Below, piece by piece: positions 8,379 through 17,467 of a stretch of 28,627 nucleotides of DNA (position 1 is the first letter of the stretch; each line of letters opens with the position of its first letter). The stretch is from contig CAZSXH010000001.1 in NCBI GenBank assembly GCA_964611015.1, positions 1-28,627 on the forward strand. Direction: 5' to 3'. The DNA comes from an uncultured Muribaculaceae bacterium (GTDB taxonomy: Bacteria; Bacillota_I; Bacilli_A; RF39; UBA660). A program made the position numbers and the translations under genes. Under the pieces are notes generated by a model, which was given only the letters and a program-made list of their open reading frames with translations, made no database searches and was not told where the DNA came from.

Positions 8379-8653
8379 TGAAGTATCAAAAATATATATC
8401 ATGTGAAGATATTAAAGATTTTTGTGTAGGTATCGAGGATGGTTACTTAATGTGGCAGTGTAAATTGTTTAATAATGATACTATTTATCAAATAAAATAT
8501 AGAATTGAACCATATACAACACCAAAAGGGAATAAAAGTAAAAGAAAGATTTATTTTATTTCAATAGATGATAATGAAGAATTAGTGTTTGATGAAGAAT
8601 TAAAAAAGAGATTTAGAGCATTTAGGCAACCATATTATGTTAGTGGTATTTAG
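8378..8653 (+). CDS. Hypothetical protein
   Basis: 91 aa, RBS aaggagg, TAATG coupling. Confidence 0.55.
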   Translation: MKYQKYISCEDIKDFCVGIEDGYLMWQCKLFNNDTIYQIKYRIEPYTTPKGNKSKRKIYFISIDDNEELVFDEELKKRFRAFRQPYYVSGI

Positions 8654-8664
8654 AAAGAAGTGAT

Positions 8665-9024
8665 ATGATGAAAACAATGAATAAAGAAGTAAAATCTTTG
8701 ATAAAACATATGAGAGAAAGGTCTGAAAGAATCACATTAAATAATTATCATTTAACCAATCAACAATTGAATTTATTATTAGATTATATATCAGAATTAG
8801 AACAAAAAGATAAAAGAATAAAAAAAGCATTAGATATTGCATATCAATATTCACAAATTGATGGTTCGCATCATAAGGCATGGGTAATAGACCAAATGGT
8901 AAGAAAATTGTTAGGCAAAAAATATAAAAAATGGGTAAAAAATTATATGTTTGGTAATAAAACTCCAGAAAAAGCAATTGCAAGTGGTGATTATTATGAA
9001 TGGGACAATGGAATAGCACCATAA
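8665..9024 (+). CDS. Phage hypothetical protein with IDGSHHKAWVIDQM motif
   Basis: N-terminal coiled coil plus C-terminal YSQIDGSHHKAWVIDQMVRKLLG...WDNGIAP. Confidence 0.6.
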   Translation: MMKTMNKEVKSLIKHMRERSERITLNNYHLTNQQLNLLLDYISELEQKDKRIKKALDIAYQYSQIDGSHHKAWVIDQMVRKLLGKKYKKWVKNYMFGNKTPEKAIASGDYYEWDNGIAP

Positions 9025-9027
9025 GAA

Positions 9028-9240
9028 ATGAAAAAGTTTAAGGATAAATGTGATGAATGTGGCAATTTTGATTATTTAAAAGGTATAAATGGTAAGTGTT
9101 TATGTTCTAATTGTCAAAATAAATTAAATAAAAATCAAAATATTAAAAAAACACAAAAAAAGAATAAAAATGAATTAAATATATTAGATTTTGCTATAAA
9201 ACTTTCACATTTTTCACAATCAATTGATGATATAATGTAG
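9028..9240 (+). CDS. Small putative zinc-ribbon protein
   Basis: CDEC...CLCSNC; the 3' end overlaps promoter module copy 1. Confidence 0.5.
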   Translation: MKKFKDKCDECGNFDYLKGINGKCLCSNCQNKLNKNQNIKKTQKKNKNELNILDFAIKLSHFSQSIDDIM

Positions 9241-9288
9241 TTATAGAAGTATATAAGCAAGGCAACAATCAAGTTGTCTTTTTTCATG
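9204..9288 (+). promoter_or_regulatory. Late promoter/attenuator module, copy 1 (upstream of HNH-terminase)
   Basis: TTCACA 9204 and 9213, TG-A-TATAAT with -10 at 9231-9236, hairpin AGGCAAC/GTTGTCT 9260-9279, T6-CATG. Confidence 0.7.
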
Positions 9289-9410
9289 TTTATATGAGAG
9301 TATAATAAAACTTTATAGCACCTTTATTTTCTTTTCAGTTCTATAATCTCCTTTATACTCTCATATAAGCATAGAAAAAGGTGCTATGCTTTGTTTTAAA
9401 ATAAGGAGAT
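9286..9410 (+). promoter_or_regulatory. Predicted structured RNA leader (pseudoknot plus anti-Shine-Dalgarno)
   Basis: Perfect 16-bp IR 9290-9305/9353-9368; crossing 11-bp IR 9315-9325/9377-9387; ATCTCCTT 9346-9353 complementary to AAGGAGAT 9403-9410. Confidence 0.5.
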
Positions 9411-9417
9411 GTTTTTC

Positions 9418-9843
9418 ATGTTAAAAAGTTGTGGTAGATGTGGAAAGATACACGATTTTAACAAGACTTGTTATAAGAATAGGCAAGTAAGAGGTTTAAC
9501 AGATGCAGATAAGTTTAGAAAAACTTATAAATGGCATAAGAAAAGTGAAGATATAAGAGAAAGAGATAAACATTTGTGTAGATGTTGCCTAGCAAACATT
9601 TATGAAACAACTCATGTTTTTAACTTTAATAAGTTAGAAGTTCATCATATAACACCACTAGAAGAAGATTTTAGTAAGCGATTAGATGATGATAATTTAA
9701 TAACTTTGTGTTGTTATCATCATAAGTTAGCAGACAATGATGTTATTCCTAGAAATATTTTATATAAACTTATAGATTTCAACTGTGATTTTGAAAAAAT
9801 AAGGCAAGAGGTCGGCTCATTAACCATCCCCCCTGCCTTTTAA
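9418..9843 (+). CDS. HNH endonuclease (terminase-associated)
   Basis: CGRC; IRERDKHLCRCC; LEVHHITPL; DDDNLITLCCYHHKLA; directly precedes terS. Confidence 0.9.
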   Translation: MLKSCGRCGKIHDFNKTCYKNRQVRGLTDADKFRKTYKWHKKSEDIRERDKHLCRCCLANIYETTHVFNFNKLEVHHITPLEEDFSKRLDDDNLITLCCYHHKLADNDVIPRNILYKLIDFNCDFEKIRQEVGSLTIPPAF

Positions 9844-9920
9844 TTTGGATTTTTTTAGATGTTTCAAAACCTACCTGCCACCTAAAAGTGTGAAAAATGC
9901 CCAAAATGAAAAATTTCCAT
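9824..9920. other. Candidate cos/packaging initiation region
   Basis: C-rich islands CCATCCCCCCTGCC (9824-9837) and CCTACCTGCCACC (9870-9882) in AT-rich DNA between HNH and terS, the usual cos position in HNH-terS-terL phages; cut site not determinable. Confidence 0.4.
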
Positions 9921-9951
9921 CAATTGTTGATAAGTTTGGAGGTGATAAGAG

Positions 9952-10464
9952 ATGGCAAGACCAGCAAAAGCAATTGATACTAACTCACAAAAAATGAGTA
10001 AGCAAGAAAGAAAAACAAGAGAAAAAAAAGAAAAAAAGTTAAGAGATAATAATGATAAGATAAAACCTTTTTCTTATCTTACTAAAAGACAAAAAGCAAT
10101 TTTCAAAGATATTCTTAATAACTTGAACCCTGATATATTGAGTAATTTAGATACATACTTATTAAATCAAACTGCTATCACTATTGAAAGACTTGAAAGC
10201 ATAGAAAAGGAAATAAATAGTGCAGGGGAATATGATTATGTTGATAAAAATAATAAGAATAAAAAAGGGTATAGTTTAGATGCTAAAACTATAATAAATC
10301 TAAAGTCTGTTAGAGATATGTATTCTAAAGACTTTTTTAGATGTTGTAATGAGTTGTCATTATCACCACAGGCAAGAGCCAAAATATCTATTAATACACA
10401 ACCAACCAAGAAAAAAACATTAATGGATATTTTGAATGATGAAGATGATGACAATGAAGAATAA
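9952..10464 (+). CDS. terS: Terminase small subunit (P27 family-like)
   Basis: MARPAK N-terminus; ELSLSPQARAKI motif; position. Confidence 0.85.
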   Translation: MARPAKAIDTNSQKMSKQERKTREKKEKKLRDNNDKIKPFSYLTKRQKAIFKDILNNLNPDILSNLDTYLLNQTAITIERLESIEKEINSAGEYDYVDKNNKNKKGYSLDAKTIINLKSVRDMYSKDFFRCCNELSLSPQARAKISINTQPTKKKTLMDILNDEDDDNEE

Positions 10465-12190
10465 TGTAATAGAGAATCATCCAAGTTATATTTATGCAAA
10501 ACAAATAGTTGATGGAACAATCAAACCACCACCATTATTTTATGAACTAAATGGTGAAAAGAAGTTTATACCTCCTAAATATGTAAAAAAGCAATGTAAG
10601 ATATTTTTAGATATTGCAGATGATAAATCTAGTAAGTATGTTATAAATGTTAGTAGAATAAAAAAAATTGATAAGATACTTAAAATATTAGTAATGGCAA
10701 AAGGTATCAAGGTTGGTAAAAAGATTTATGATGCACTTGCAGGATATCAATGGTTAATAATTGTTGCTAGTTTATGTACAGTTTATCGTGATGATAAAAC
10801 TAGGAGAAGATATGAAACAATAATATTGGAAATATGTAGAAAGAATGGTAAAACATTTATAGTTGCACTTATGGTTCTACTATTATTTTATTTAGAACCT
10901 AGATATTCACAATTTTATTCAGTTGCTCCAGATGGTGCATTGGCAAAAGAAATTAAGAAAGCATTGGAACCACTTATAAAAGCAAATACAGAAGTTTTTG
11001 AAGATGGTGAATTTAAAATATTAAGAGATTGCATAAGGCATACTTTAACAGAATCAATATATACACCATTAAATTATTCTAAAGATAGAATGGATGGTAA
11101 AGAACCAAATGTTTTTGTTGCTGATGAAGTAGGTGCATTGCCTAGTGACTACCCAATAGAGGCGATGAGGTCGGGGCAATTGTTAGTTATAAACAAATTA
11201 GGTTTCATAATATCAACCAAATACCCAACTGTTGATAATCCTATGGAAACAGAAGTAAGTTATGCTAAAAAGGTATTGGATAATACTTTGCCTGTACCCG
11301 ATGAAACAGTATTTGCATTATTATATGAACCTGATGAAACTAAAAACTGGACTACTGATGATAATATTATTTTACAATCTAACCCTCTAGCAATTGAAGT
11401 AGAAAAGATATATAAAGATTTAATTTCTAAAAGAAATAAAGCAATCGAGATGGAAAGTAAAAGAGAAAACTTTTTAACAAAGCATTGTAATATTATATAT
11501 CAAGGTGCAGGTACTGAAAGTTTTATAGATGTAACAGAAGTACAAAAATGCAAAGTCGATAAAATCGAGTGGGGAGGTAAAGAAGTTTATATTGGTGTCG
11601 ATTTGTCTATGTCAAATGATAACTGTTCAGTTGCAATGGCGAGTAATGATGATGATGTAATATTAGCAGAAGCGATATCATTTATACCAGAGGGTAGAAT
11701 AGAAGAAAAGAATCAATTTGAAAAACTAAATTATAATGAATTTATAAATGCCATGAAATGTATCGCTTGTGGTGATAGAACTGTTGATTATAAAGTTATA
11801 GAAGATTTTGTTTTTGCAATTGAAAGTAAATATGATGTAACTGTTATGGCAATTGGTTATGATAGATATAATGCTTTATCATCTGCTCAAAAATGGGATG
11901 AAAAATATAATACAGTACAAATTAGGCAACACTCTGATACACTTCATCCACCTACAAAATTATTGTACGAGAAAATCATGGATGGTAAATTTAAGTATGA
12001 AGAAAACAAATTATTGGAAATTAATTTTCAAAATGCAAGATGTGTTTATGATACAAATATGAATAGATATGTTAATAAGAAAAAATCAAATGGTAAAATA
12101 GATATGGTAGTAGCCCTTATTAATAGTATTTACTTATTACAACAAGAAGTATTTCTTGAAAATGGAAACTTTTTTGTTCAGGTTGCATAA
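10454..12190 (+). CDS. terL: Terminase large subunit
   Basis: Walker A ICRKNGKT, Walker B FVADE, nuclease IGVDLS and KIDMVVA; start uncertain among several ATGs 10436-10454. Confidence 0.95.
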   Translation: MKNNVIENHPSYIYAKQIVDGTIKPPPLFYELNGEKKFIPPKYVKKQCKIFLDIADDKSSKYVINVSRIKKIDKILKILVMAKGIKVGKKIYDALAGYQWLIIVASLCTVYRDDKTRRRYETIILEICRKNGKTFIVALMVLLLFYLEPRYSQFYSVAPDGALAKEIKKALEPLIKANTEVFEDGEFKILRDCIRHTLTESIYTPLNYSKDRMDGKEPNVFVADEVGALPSDYPIEAMRSGQLLVINKLGFIISTKYPTVDNPMETEVSYAKKVLDNTLPVPDETVFALLYEPDETKNWTTDDNIILQSNPLAIEVEKIYKDLISKRNKAIEMESKRENFLTKHCNIIYQGAGTESFIDVTEVQKCKVDKIEWGGKEVYIGVDLSMSNDNCSVAMASNDDDVILAEAISFIPEGRIEEKNQFEKLNYNEFINAMKCIACGDRTVDYKVIEDFVFAIESKYDVTVMAIGYDRYNALSSAQKWDEKYNTVQIRQHSDTLHPPTKLLYEKIMDGKFKYEENKLLEINFQNARCVYDTNMNRYVNKKKSNGKIDMVVALINSIYLLQQEVFLENGNFFVQVA

Positions 12191-12192
12191 CT

Positions 12193-12278
12193 TTCACACT
12201 TTTCACACTCTATTAATGATATAATGTATAGTAGATAAGTATAAAAGAAAGCAAACAGAAATGTTTGTTTTTTTCGTG
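12193..12278 (+). promoter_or_regulatory. Late promoter/attenuator module, copy 2 (upstream of portal)
   Basis: TTCACA 12193 and 12202, TG-A-TATAAT with -10 at 12220-12225, hairpin GCAAACA-GAAA-TGTTTGT 12251-12268, T7-CGTG. Confidence 0.7.
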
Positions 12279-12299
12279 TTATAGAAAGGAGGTATAACA

Positions 12300-13556
12300 A
12301 TGTCTATTTTTGATAAGATTTTAAAACGAGAAGAAGAAAAAGAAGTTGAAGTAACAGATGAAAATACAACAGAATCAAGTAATGATTCACCACAAGACTT
12401 ACTTTTAAAAAGTTTGTTAAGAGGCGAAAAAATAACAAAAGAAAAAGCATTGTCAATACCTGCTATTTCTAGTGCAGTTGATAGGATTTCAAATTCGGTC
12501 GCCATTTTACCAATTAAAATGTATAAGTATGTAACAGATGAAAATGGAATAGAAACAGTTGTTGAAGTAAAAGATGATGTTAGATTAAAAATCTTGAATA
12601 TTCAAACTGGAGATTTGCTTAATCCATTTAATTTAAAAAAATCAATAGCATATGATTATCTTACTGAAAAAGGTGCTTATGTTTATATTGAAAAAGATAG
12701 AAACGAATTTAAATCTTTAAGATATGTTGAACCTGATTATATTTCTTTTCAATCTAATTATGACCCAATATTTAAAGATGTTAAATATAATGTTTATGGT
12801 AAAGATTATGAAATGTATGATTTTTTAACAATTGTAAGAAATACCACATGTGGTTATAAAGGAACAAGTGCTATTGAAGAAATATCAAATTCAATTGAAA
12901 CTGCTTTTACAACTATAATGTATGAATTAGGGCTTGTTAAAAAAGGTGGTGCAAAAAAAGGATTTCTTACTGCTACTAGAAAATTAGGAAAAGATGAAAT
13001 TAAGTTATTAAAAGATGCTTGGAATAAATATTATGGTGGCAATAATGAAGAAAATGTAATTGTATTAAATGATGGCATTGATTTCAAAGAGGGTGCAAGT
13101 TCATCAGTTGAATTACAAATGAATGAAAGAAAGAAAACCTTAAAAGAAGATATCAATGATGTATTTCACATATCTTCTAATTATAATGACACCATCAAAG
13201 ATGCAGTAATGCCAATTATAAGTGCAATTGAAACTGAATTAAATAATCATTTCTTGTTAGAAAGTGAAAAAGATTCTTATTATTTTGCTTTCGATACGAA
13301 GAAGATTACAAGAGGTTCATTAAAAGAAAGATATGAAGCATATAAAATAGCATCTGATACAGGATGGATGACAAAAAATGAAATTAGATATGCAGAAGAT
13401 TATGATTCAATTGATGGATTAGATGTTGTAAGTATGAATTTAGCAAATGTCTTATATGATGTTAAAACTAAAAAATATTATACACCTAACACAGGTTCAG
13501 TAATGAACATAGAAAAAGGAGGAGGTGAGAACAATGAAAATCGAAGTAAGAAATGA
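12300..13556 (+). CDS. Portal protein, HK97 family
   Basis: ALSIPAISSAVDRISNSVAILPI; IVLNDGIDF; GWMTKNEIRYAED; position after terL. Confidence 0.92.
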   Translation: MSIFDKILKREEEKEVEVTDENTTESSNDSPQDLLLKSLLRGEKITKEKALSIPAISSAVDRISNSVAILPIKMYKYVTDENGIETVVEVKDDVRLKILNIQTGDLLNPFNLKKSIAYDYLTEKGAYVYIEKDRNEFKSLRYVEPDYISFQSNYDPIFKDVKYNVYGKDYEMYDFLTIVRNTTCGYKGTSAIEEISNSIETAFTTIMYELGLVKKGGAKKGFLTATRKLGKDEIKLLKDAWNKYYGGNNEENVIVLNDGIDFKEGASSSVELQMNERKKTLKEDINDVFHISSNYNDTIKDAVMPIISAIETELNNHFLLESEKDSYYFAFDTKKITRGSLKERYEAYKIASDTGWMTKNEIRYAEDYDSIDGLDVVSMNLANVLYDVKTKKYYTPNTGSVMNIEKGGGENNENRSKK

Positions 13557-14415
13557 TAAGGTTATCATTGATGGATATGTAAATGCAGTAGATAGGTTTT
13601 CTAAAATTCTTTACGATAAACGAGGGCAATTTATTGAAAAAATAATGCCATCTGTATTTCGTAGAGCATTAGAAAAAAATGAAGCAGTTAAAGTTCTCCT
13701 TAACCATGATTATGATAAAGAATTAGCCAATACCAAAAATGGTAGTGCTAAACTTTATGAAGATAATATAGGTTTAAGAGCCATTGTTGAAATAACAGAT
13801 GCTGATGTTATAGATAAAGCCAAAAAGAAAAAGTTAAGAGGTTGGTCATTTGGATTTGCCTGTAATAAGGATGAAGAAGTTGTTAATAACAATGGTTTAA
13901 GAGAAAGAAGTGTAAGAGATATTGATTTATTTGAAGTATCAATTATTGATGATAAAAAGATACCTGCTTATATAGGCACTAGCATAGAATTACGAGATGG
14001 AAACCCAACTGTTGTAGAATATAGAGATGAAGAGTTTGAAAATGACTCTTTTTCTTATGAAAAAGAAGATGAAGAAACAACCCCAAATTTTAGTGATATG
14101 ACTGCATCACAAAAGAGGGAAGTTTTAAATAGTGCTTATAGGCAACTATTTAAAGATGGTTGGTTAGAAGATTACGATGATGAATTTGTTTATGGAACAA
14201 TTCAAGATGGTAGTCAATTGTATAAGATGCCTTATTCAATAACTGATGGAACAGTTAATATTGATAGTAATAATCAAGTTAAAGTTGTTCGTGGGGGTTA
14301 TAAGGAAATAAGGTCAGATGAGGAAGTGCCTGAACAACCACCAAAAGTGGATGGTAAAAAAATAGATTACTCAAGTTATGAGAATGTTCTAAAAGAACTT
14401 AAAGGAGGAAAGTAA
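13534..14415 (+). CDS. Prohead protease (HK97/S78 family) with C-terminal extension
   Basis: IDGYVNAV, LLNHD (His), GWSFGF (Ser), LFEVSII; about 130 extra acidic residues C-terminally. Confidence 0.9.
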   Translation: MKIEVRNDKVIIDGYVNAVDRFSKILYDKRGQFIEKIMPSVFRRALEKNEAVKVLLNHDYDKELANTKNGSAKLYEDNIGLRAIVEITDADVIDKAKKKKLRGWSFGFACNKDEEVVNNNGLRERSVRDIDLFEVSIIDDKKIPAYIGTSIELRDGNPTVVEYRDEEFENDSFSYEKEDEETTPNFSDMTASQKREVLNSAYRQLFKDGWLEDYDDEFVYGTIQDGSQLYKMPYSITDGTVNIDSNNQVKVVRGGYKEIRSDEEVPEQPPKVDGKKIDYSSYENVLKELKGGK

Positions 14416-14416
14416 A

Positions 14417-15616
14417 ATGAATAAGAAAAGTTTAGAAGAACAAAAAAATGAAAAAGTAACAGAAATGGATAAGTTACTAAACGATGTAAAGGCAGAAGAA
14501 AGAGCATTTACAGAAGATGAACAAAAACTATTTGATGAATTAAAGTCAGAAATAGAAGCAATCAATAAAACTATGGAAGCATTTGAATCAAGTAGAGAAT
14601 TAGTTGATGATGAAAAGAAAGAAGAAGATAAAAAAAAGGAGGAAGAAAACATGGATGAAGAAAAAAGAGCATTAGAAATTGAACAAAGGGATATTGAAAA
14701 CTTTGCTAAATTTATCAGAAATGAAGTATTAAATGAAGAAAGGTCTGAAACAGGTAGTCAATTTACAACAGGTAGTAATGGTGTAATTGTTCCAACAACA
14801 ATTGCTAATAAAATCATTATGACTGCTCATAATATGTCACCTATCCTAGATAAAGCAACTAAATATAATACTAAAGGAAATTTGGAAATCCCTGTTTATG
14901 GTGCTAATAATGGAGATGACATCACAGTTGCATATGGTGAAGATTTTACAGAATTAGTTGAAAAAGCAGGTAAATTTTCATCAGTAACTTTAAAAGATTA
15001 CTTAATTGGTGCATTAGCAAAAATCGGTAATTCTTTAGTAAATAATACTGATATCGATTTAGTAAATGTTGTTATTAATATCATTGCTGAATATGTAAAA
15101 TTATTCCTAGAGGGTGAAGTATTAAATGGTACTGATGGTAAGATTACTGGATGTAGTGGTATTCCTGCTTCACAAACAGTTGAATCAGAAGTAGCAGGTG
15201 TTATTTCTTATGATGATTTAGTAAAAGTTAAAAATAAAGTTATTCAATCATTCAGAAAAGGTTCTATTTGGGTTATGAATCAAGACACTCAAACAGTTCT
15301 TGAAACCATGAAAGATGGTAATGATAGACCAATATTTGTACCAGACCCAACAGGTGAATTTGATGGTATGGTTCTAGGATATCCTGTTTATGTTTCTGAT
15401 AATAAAGAGGGAATTGCAGAAGGTAAATCTCCAATCACATTTGGTAACTTTAGTGGTATTGCTTTAAAAACATCTAAATCTCTTGAAATTCAAGTTTTAA
15501 GAGAAAAATATGCTACTCAACATGCAACAGGTGTAGTTGCTTGGTTAGAGTGCGATGCTAAAATTGAACATCTTCAAAAATTATCTAAACTAACTATCAA
15601 AGCAAAAACAAACTAG
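14417..15616 (+). CDS. Major capsid protein, HK97 fold with N-terminal delta domain
   Basis: Coiled-coil N-terminus; GVIVPTTIA; WVMN; KDGNDRPIF; LGYPVYVSD; FGNFS. Confidence 0.95.
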   Translation: MNKKSLEEQKNEKVTEMDKLLNDVKAEERAFTEDEQKLFDELKSEIEAINKTMEAFESSRELVDDEKKEEDKKKEEENMDEEKRALEIEQRDIENFAKFIRNEVLNEERSETGSQFTTGSNGVIVPTTIANKIIMTAHNMSPILDKATKYNTKGNLEIPVYGANNGDDITVAYGEDFTELVEKAGKFSSVTLKDYLIGALAKIGNSLVNNTDIDLVNVVINIIAEYVKLFLEGEVLNGTDGKITGCSGIPASQTVESEVAGVISYDDLVKVKNKVIQSFRKGSIWVMNQDTQTVLETMKDGNDRPIFVPDPTGEFDGMVLGYPVYVSDNKEGIAEGKSPITFGNFSGIALKTSKSLEIQVLREKYATQHATGVVAWLECDAKIEHLQKLSKLTIKAKTN

Positions 15617-15626
15617 GAGGTAACTT

Positions 15627-16022
15627 ATGTATCTAGTAAATAAAGGATTTGCTAATAGTGAGATATCTGCATCAAAGGGCAAAGTCATTGATATAAAAGA
15701 TAAATCATTGGCTTCTGCTCTTGAAAGTGCAGGATTTATTTCACCTTATTCTGAAAAAGCAATGACAAATAAAGAAATGGAGAAAACTATTAAAGATTTA
15801 ACTAAACAGTTAAGTGATAAAGATAGTGAAATTCAAACTTTAAATGATAAAATTGCTGAATTAGAAGAAGAGTTAAAAGTTAAATTAGAAGAAAATTCTG
15901 ATGATAATAAAGATAATTTAGATAATGGTGAACAACCACCAAAAAATGAAGATGAAGATGGTACAACACCAAATGAAAATGATGGTGAAGAACCAAAAGA
16001 TGAAAACGAAAACAACGAGTAA
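15627..16022 (+). CDS. Head-associated hypothetical protein (coiled coil plus acidic tail)
   Basis: RBS ggagg; follows capsid gene; D/E/N-rich C-terminus. Confidence 0.55.
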   Translation: MYLVNKGFANSEISASKGKVIDIKDKSLASALESAGFISPYSEKAMTNKEMEKTIKDLTKQLSDKDSEIQTLNDKIAELEEELKVKLEENSDDNKDNLDNGEQPPKNEDEDGTTPNENDGEEPKDENENNE

Positions 16023-16066
16023 GTAATTTAGATTGTTCAGGCGACTCCATGAAAGGAGGAATAGTT

Positions 16067-16366
16067 ATGATTACTAAAGTTAGTGAAATAACAGTAGATA
16101 GTATAAAAGACTATTTACGATTATCTGATATTTCAGATGAAGATAAAAAATATCTTGAAACAATAAAAAAGGTTGCTATTGATTATATTAAGAATAATAC
16201 AGGATTAGATGACAAAACTATTGAGAAATATAATGATTTAGTTATTGTGGTATATGTCTTATGCCAAGATATGTATGATACAAGGGCTTATTATGTTGAT
16301 AACAATAATGTTAATAGGGTTGTTCAATCTATACTTGATATGCACTCAAGGAATCTAATATCATGA
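16067..16366 (+). CDS. Head-tail connector (gp6/gp15-like)
   Basis: IKDYLRL...LCQDMYDTR...VVQSILDMH; position. Confidence 0.85.
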   Translation: MITKVSEITVDSIKDYLRLSDISDEDKKYLETIKKVAIDYIKNNTGLDDKTIEKYNDLVIVVYVLCQDMYDTRAYYVDNNNVNRVVQSILDMHSRNLIS

Positions 16367-16704
16367 GTAATATTATAAAAAATGCAGGTAAATATAATAA
16401 GTTAATTGAGATAATTAGTATTAAAAATATTAAAGATGAAGATGGTTTTGATAAACCATCTGAAACTTCAATATTAAAGACATATGCAAGTGTTAAAACA
16501 ACAAAAGGTTATACACTTATTCAAAGTAATTCAGACTTTGAAAAGGCATATACTAATTTTACAATTAGATATCCTGCAAAAGCAATTATTACAAGAGATA
16601 TGAAAATAAAATTTAATGGCAAAATTTATTCTATTGAATATTTGAATAATATTAATGAAGAATCTATTGAGTTAGAGATACAAGCGAAAGTTGTTGATAA
16701 GTAG
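16363..16704 (+). CDS. Head closure/head-tail adaptor (SPP1 gp16-like)
   Basis: AGKYNKLIEI...FTIRY...ITRDMKIKFNGKIYSI. Confidence 0.85.
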   Translation: MSNIIKNAGKYNKLIEIISIKNIKDEDGFDKPSETSILKTYASVKTTKGYTLIQSNSDFEKAYTNFTIRYPAKAIITRDMKIKFNGKIYSIEYLNNINEESIELEIQAKVVDK

Positions 16705-17117
16705 TGGCACACTTCAATCAAGAATTGCCAAATGATTTAATAAAAGAATTTGAAGAATTGGCGATAGCAACACCCAAAATGATGGGTGAAATGACAAAGG
16801 CAGGTGCTGAAACAGTTGCAAGAATTGTTAAAAATAATATGTCAAAGTCATTTAAAAAAACAGATAGATTAAGTAAGTGCTTATTTGTTTCAAAAACATA
16901 TCGAACACCATCAGATGATGGAATAAATAATAAAGTCATGATTTATGGCTATATGGATGCTGAAAAAAAGCATCCTGCACCATTAGTAGCGATGGCAAGA
17001 GAATATGGTACTAGCATGGGAGAAAAGAAGAAACCTTTCTTTAGAAAATCTTTTAGAAAGGCAGATATTGAAAATGCTATGAAACAGAAAGAAAAAGAAT
17101 ACTTACCAAAAGGATGA
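16704..17117 (+). CDS. HK97 gp10-like neck protein
   Basis: REYGTS...KPFFRKS motif; position. Confidence 0.8.
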   Translation: MAHFNQELPNDLIKEFEELAIATPKMMGEMTKAGAETVARIVKNNMSKSFKKTDRLSKCLFVSKTYRTPSDDGINNKVMIYGYMDAEKKHPAPLVAMAREYGTSMGEKKKPFFRKSFRKADIENAMKQKEKEYLPKG

Positions 17118-17124
17118 TTAGATT

Positions 17125-17466
17125 ATGAATAATGAAATAGAAAAAATATTAGAAGAATTTAAAGTAGGTAATAAAAAAATACCATTTAAGTTTTTAAGAT
17201 ACAAGGGCAAATCAAAAACATATATAACATATATGGAAATAGATAATAATCCTATATTAAATGGTGATGATAAACCTATTTATAGTGCATCATCATTTGA
17301 TTTTGATATATATAGCGATGGCAACTATTTATCAATTGTTTCAGAATTGAAGAAAGTCATGTTAGAACATGATTTTGTATGGGTTGAAGATAGTCCAGAT
17401 ATGTTTGAAGAAGAAACAGGACTTTATCATAAAACTATAACCTTTGCTAAAGAGAGGAGAATATAA
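17125..17466 (+). CDS. Tail completion/terminator protein
   Basis: YITY...FDFDIYS...DMFEEETGLYHKTITF; precedes major tail gene. Confidence 0.75.
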   Translation: MNNEIEKILEEFKVGNKKIPFKFLRYKGKSKTYITYMEIDNNPILNGDDKPIYSASSFDFDIYSDGNYLSIVSELKKVMLEHDFVWVEDSPDMFEEETGLYHKTITFAKERRI

Positions 17467-17467
17467 A

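Noticed and set aside
16045-16058. CTCC/GGAG hairpin masking the connector-gene RBS
   Set aside because: Only 4 bp; too weak to support
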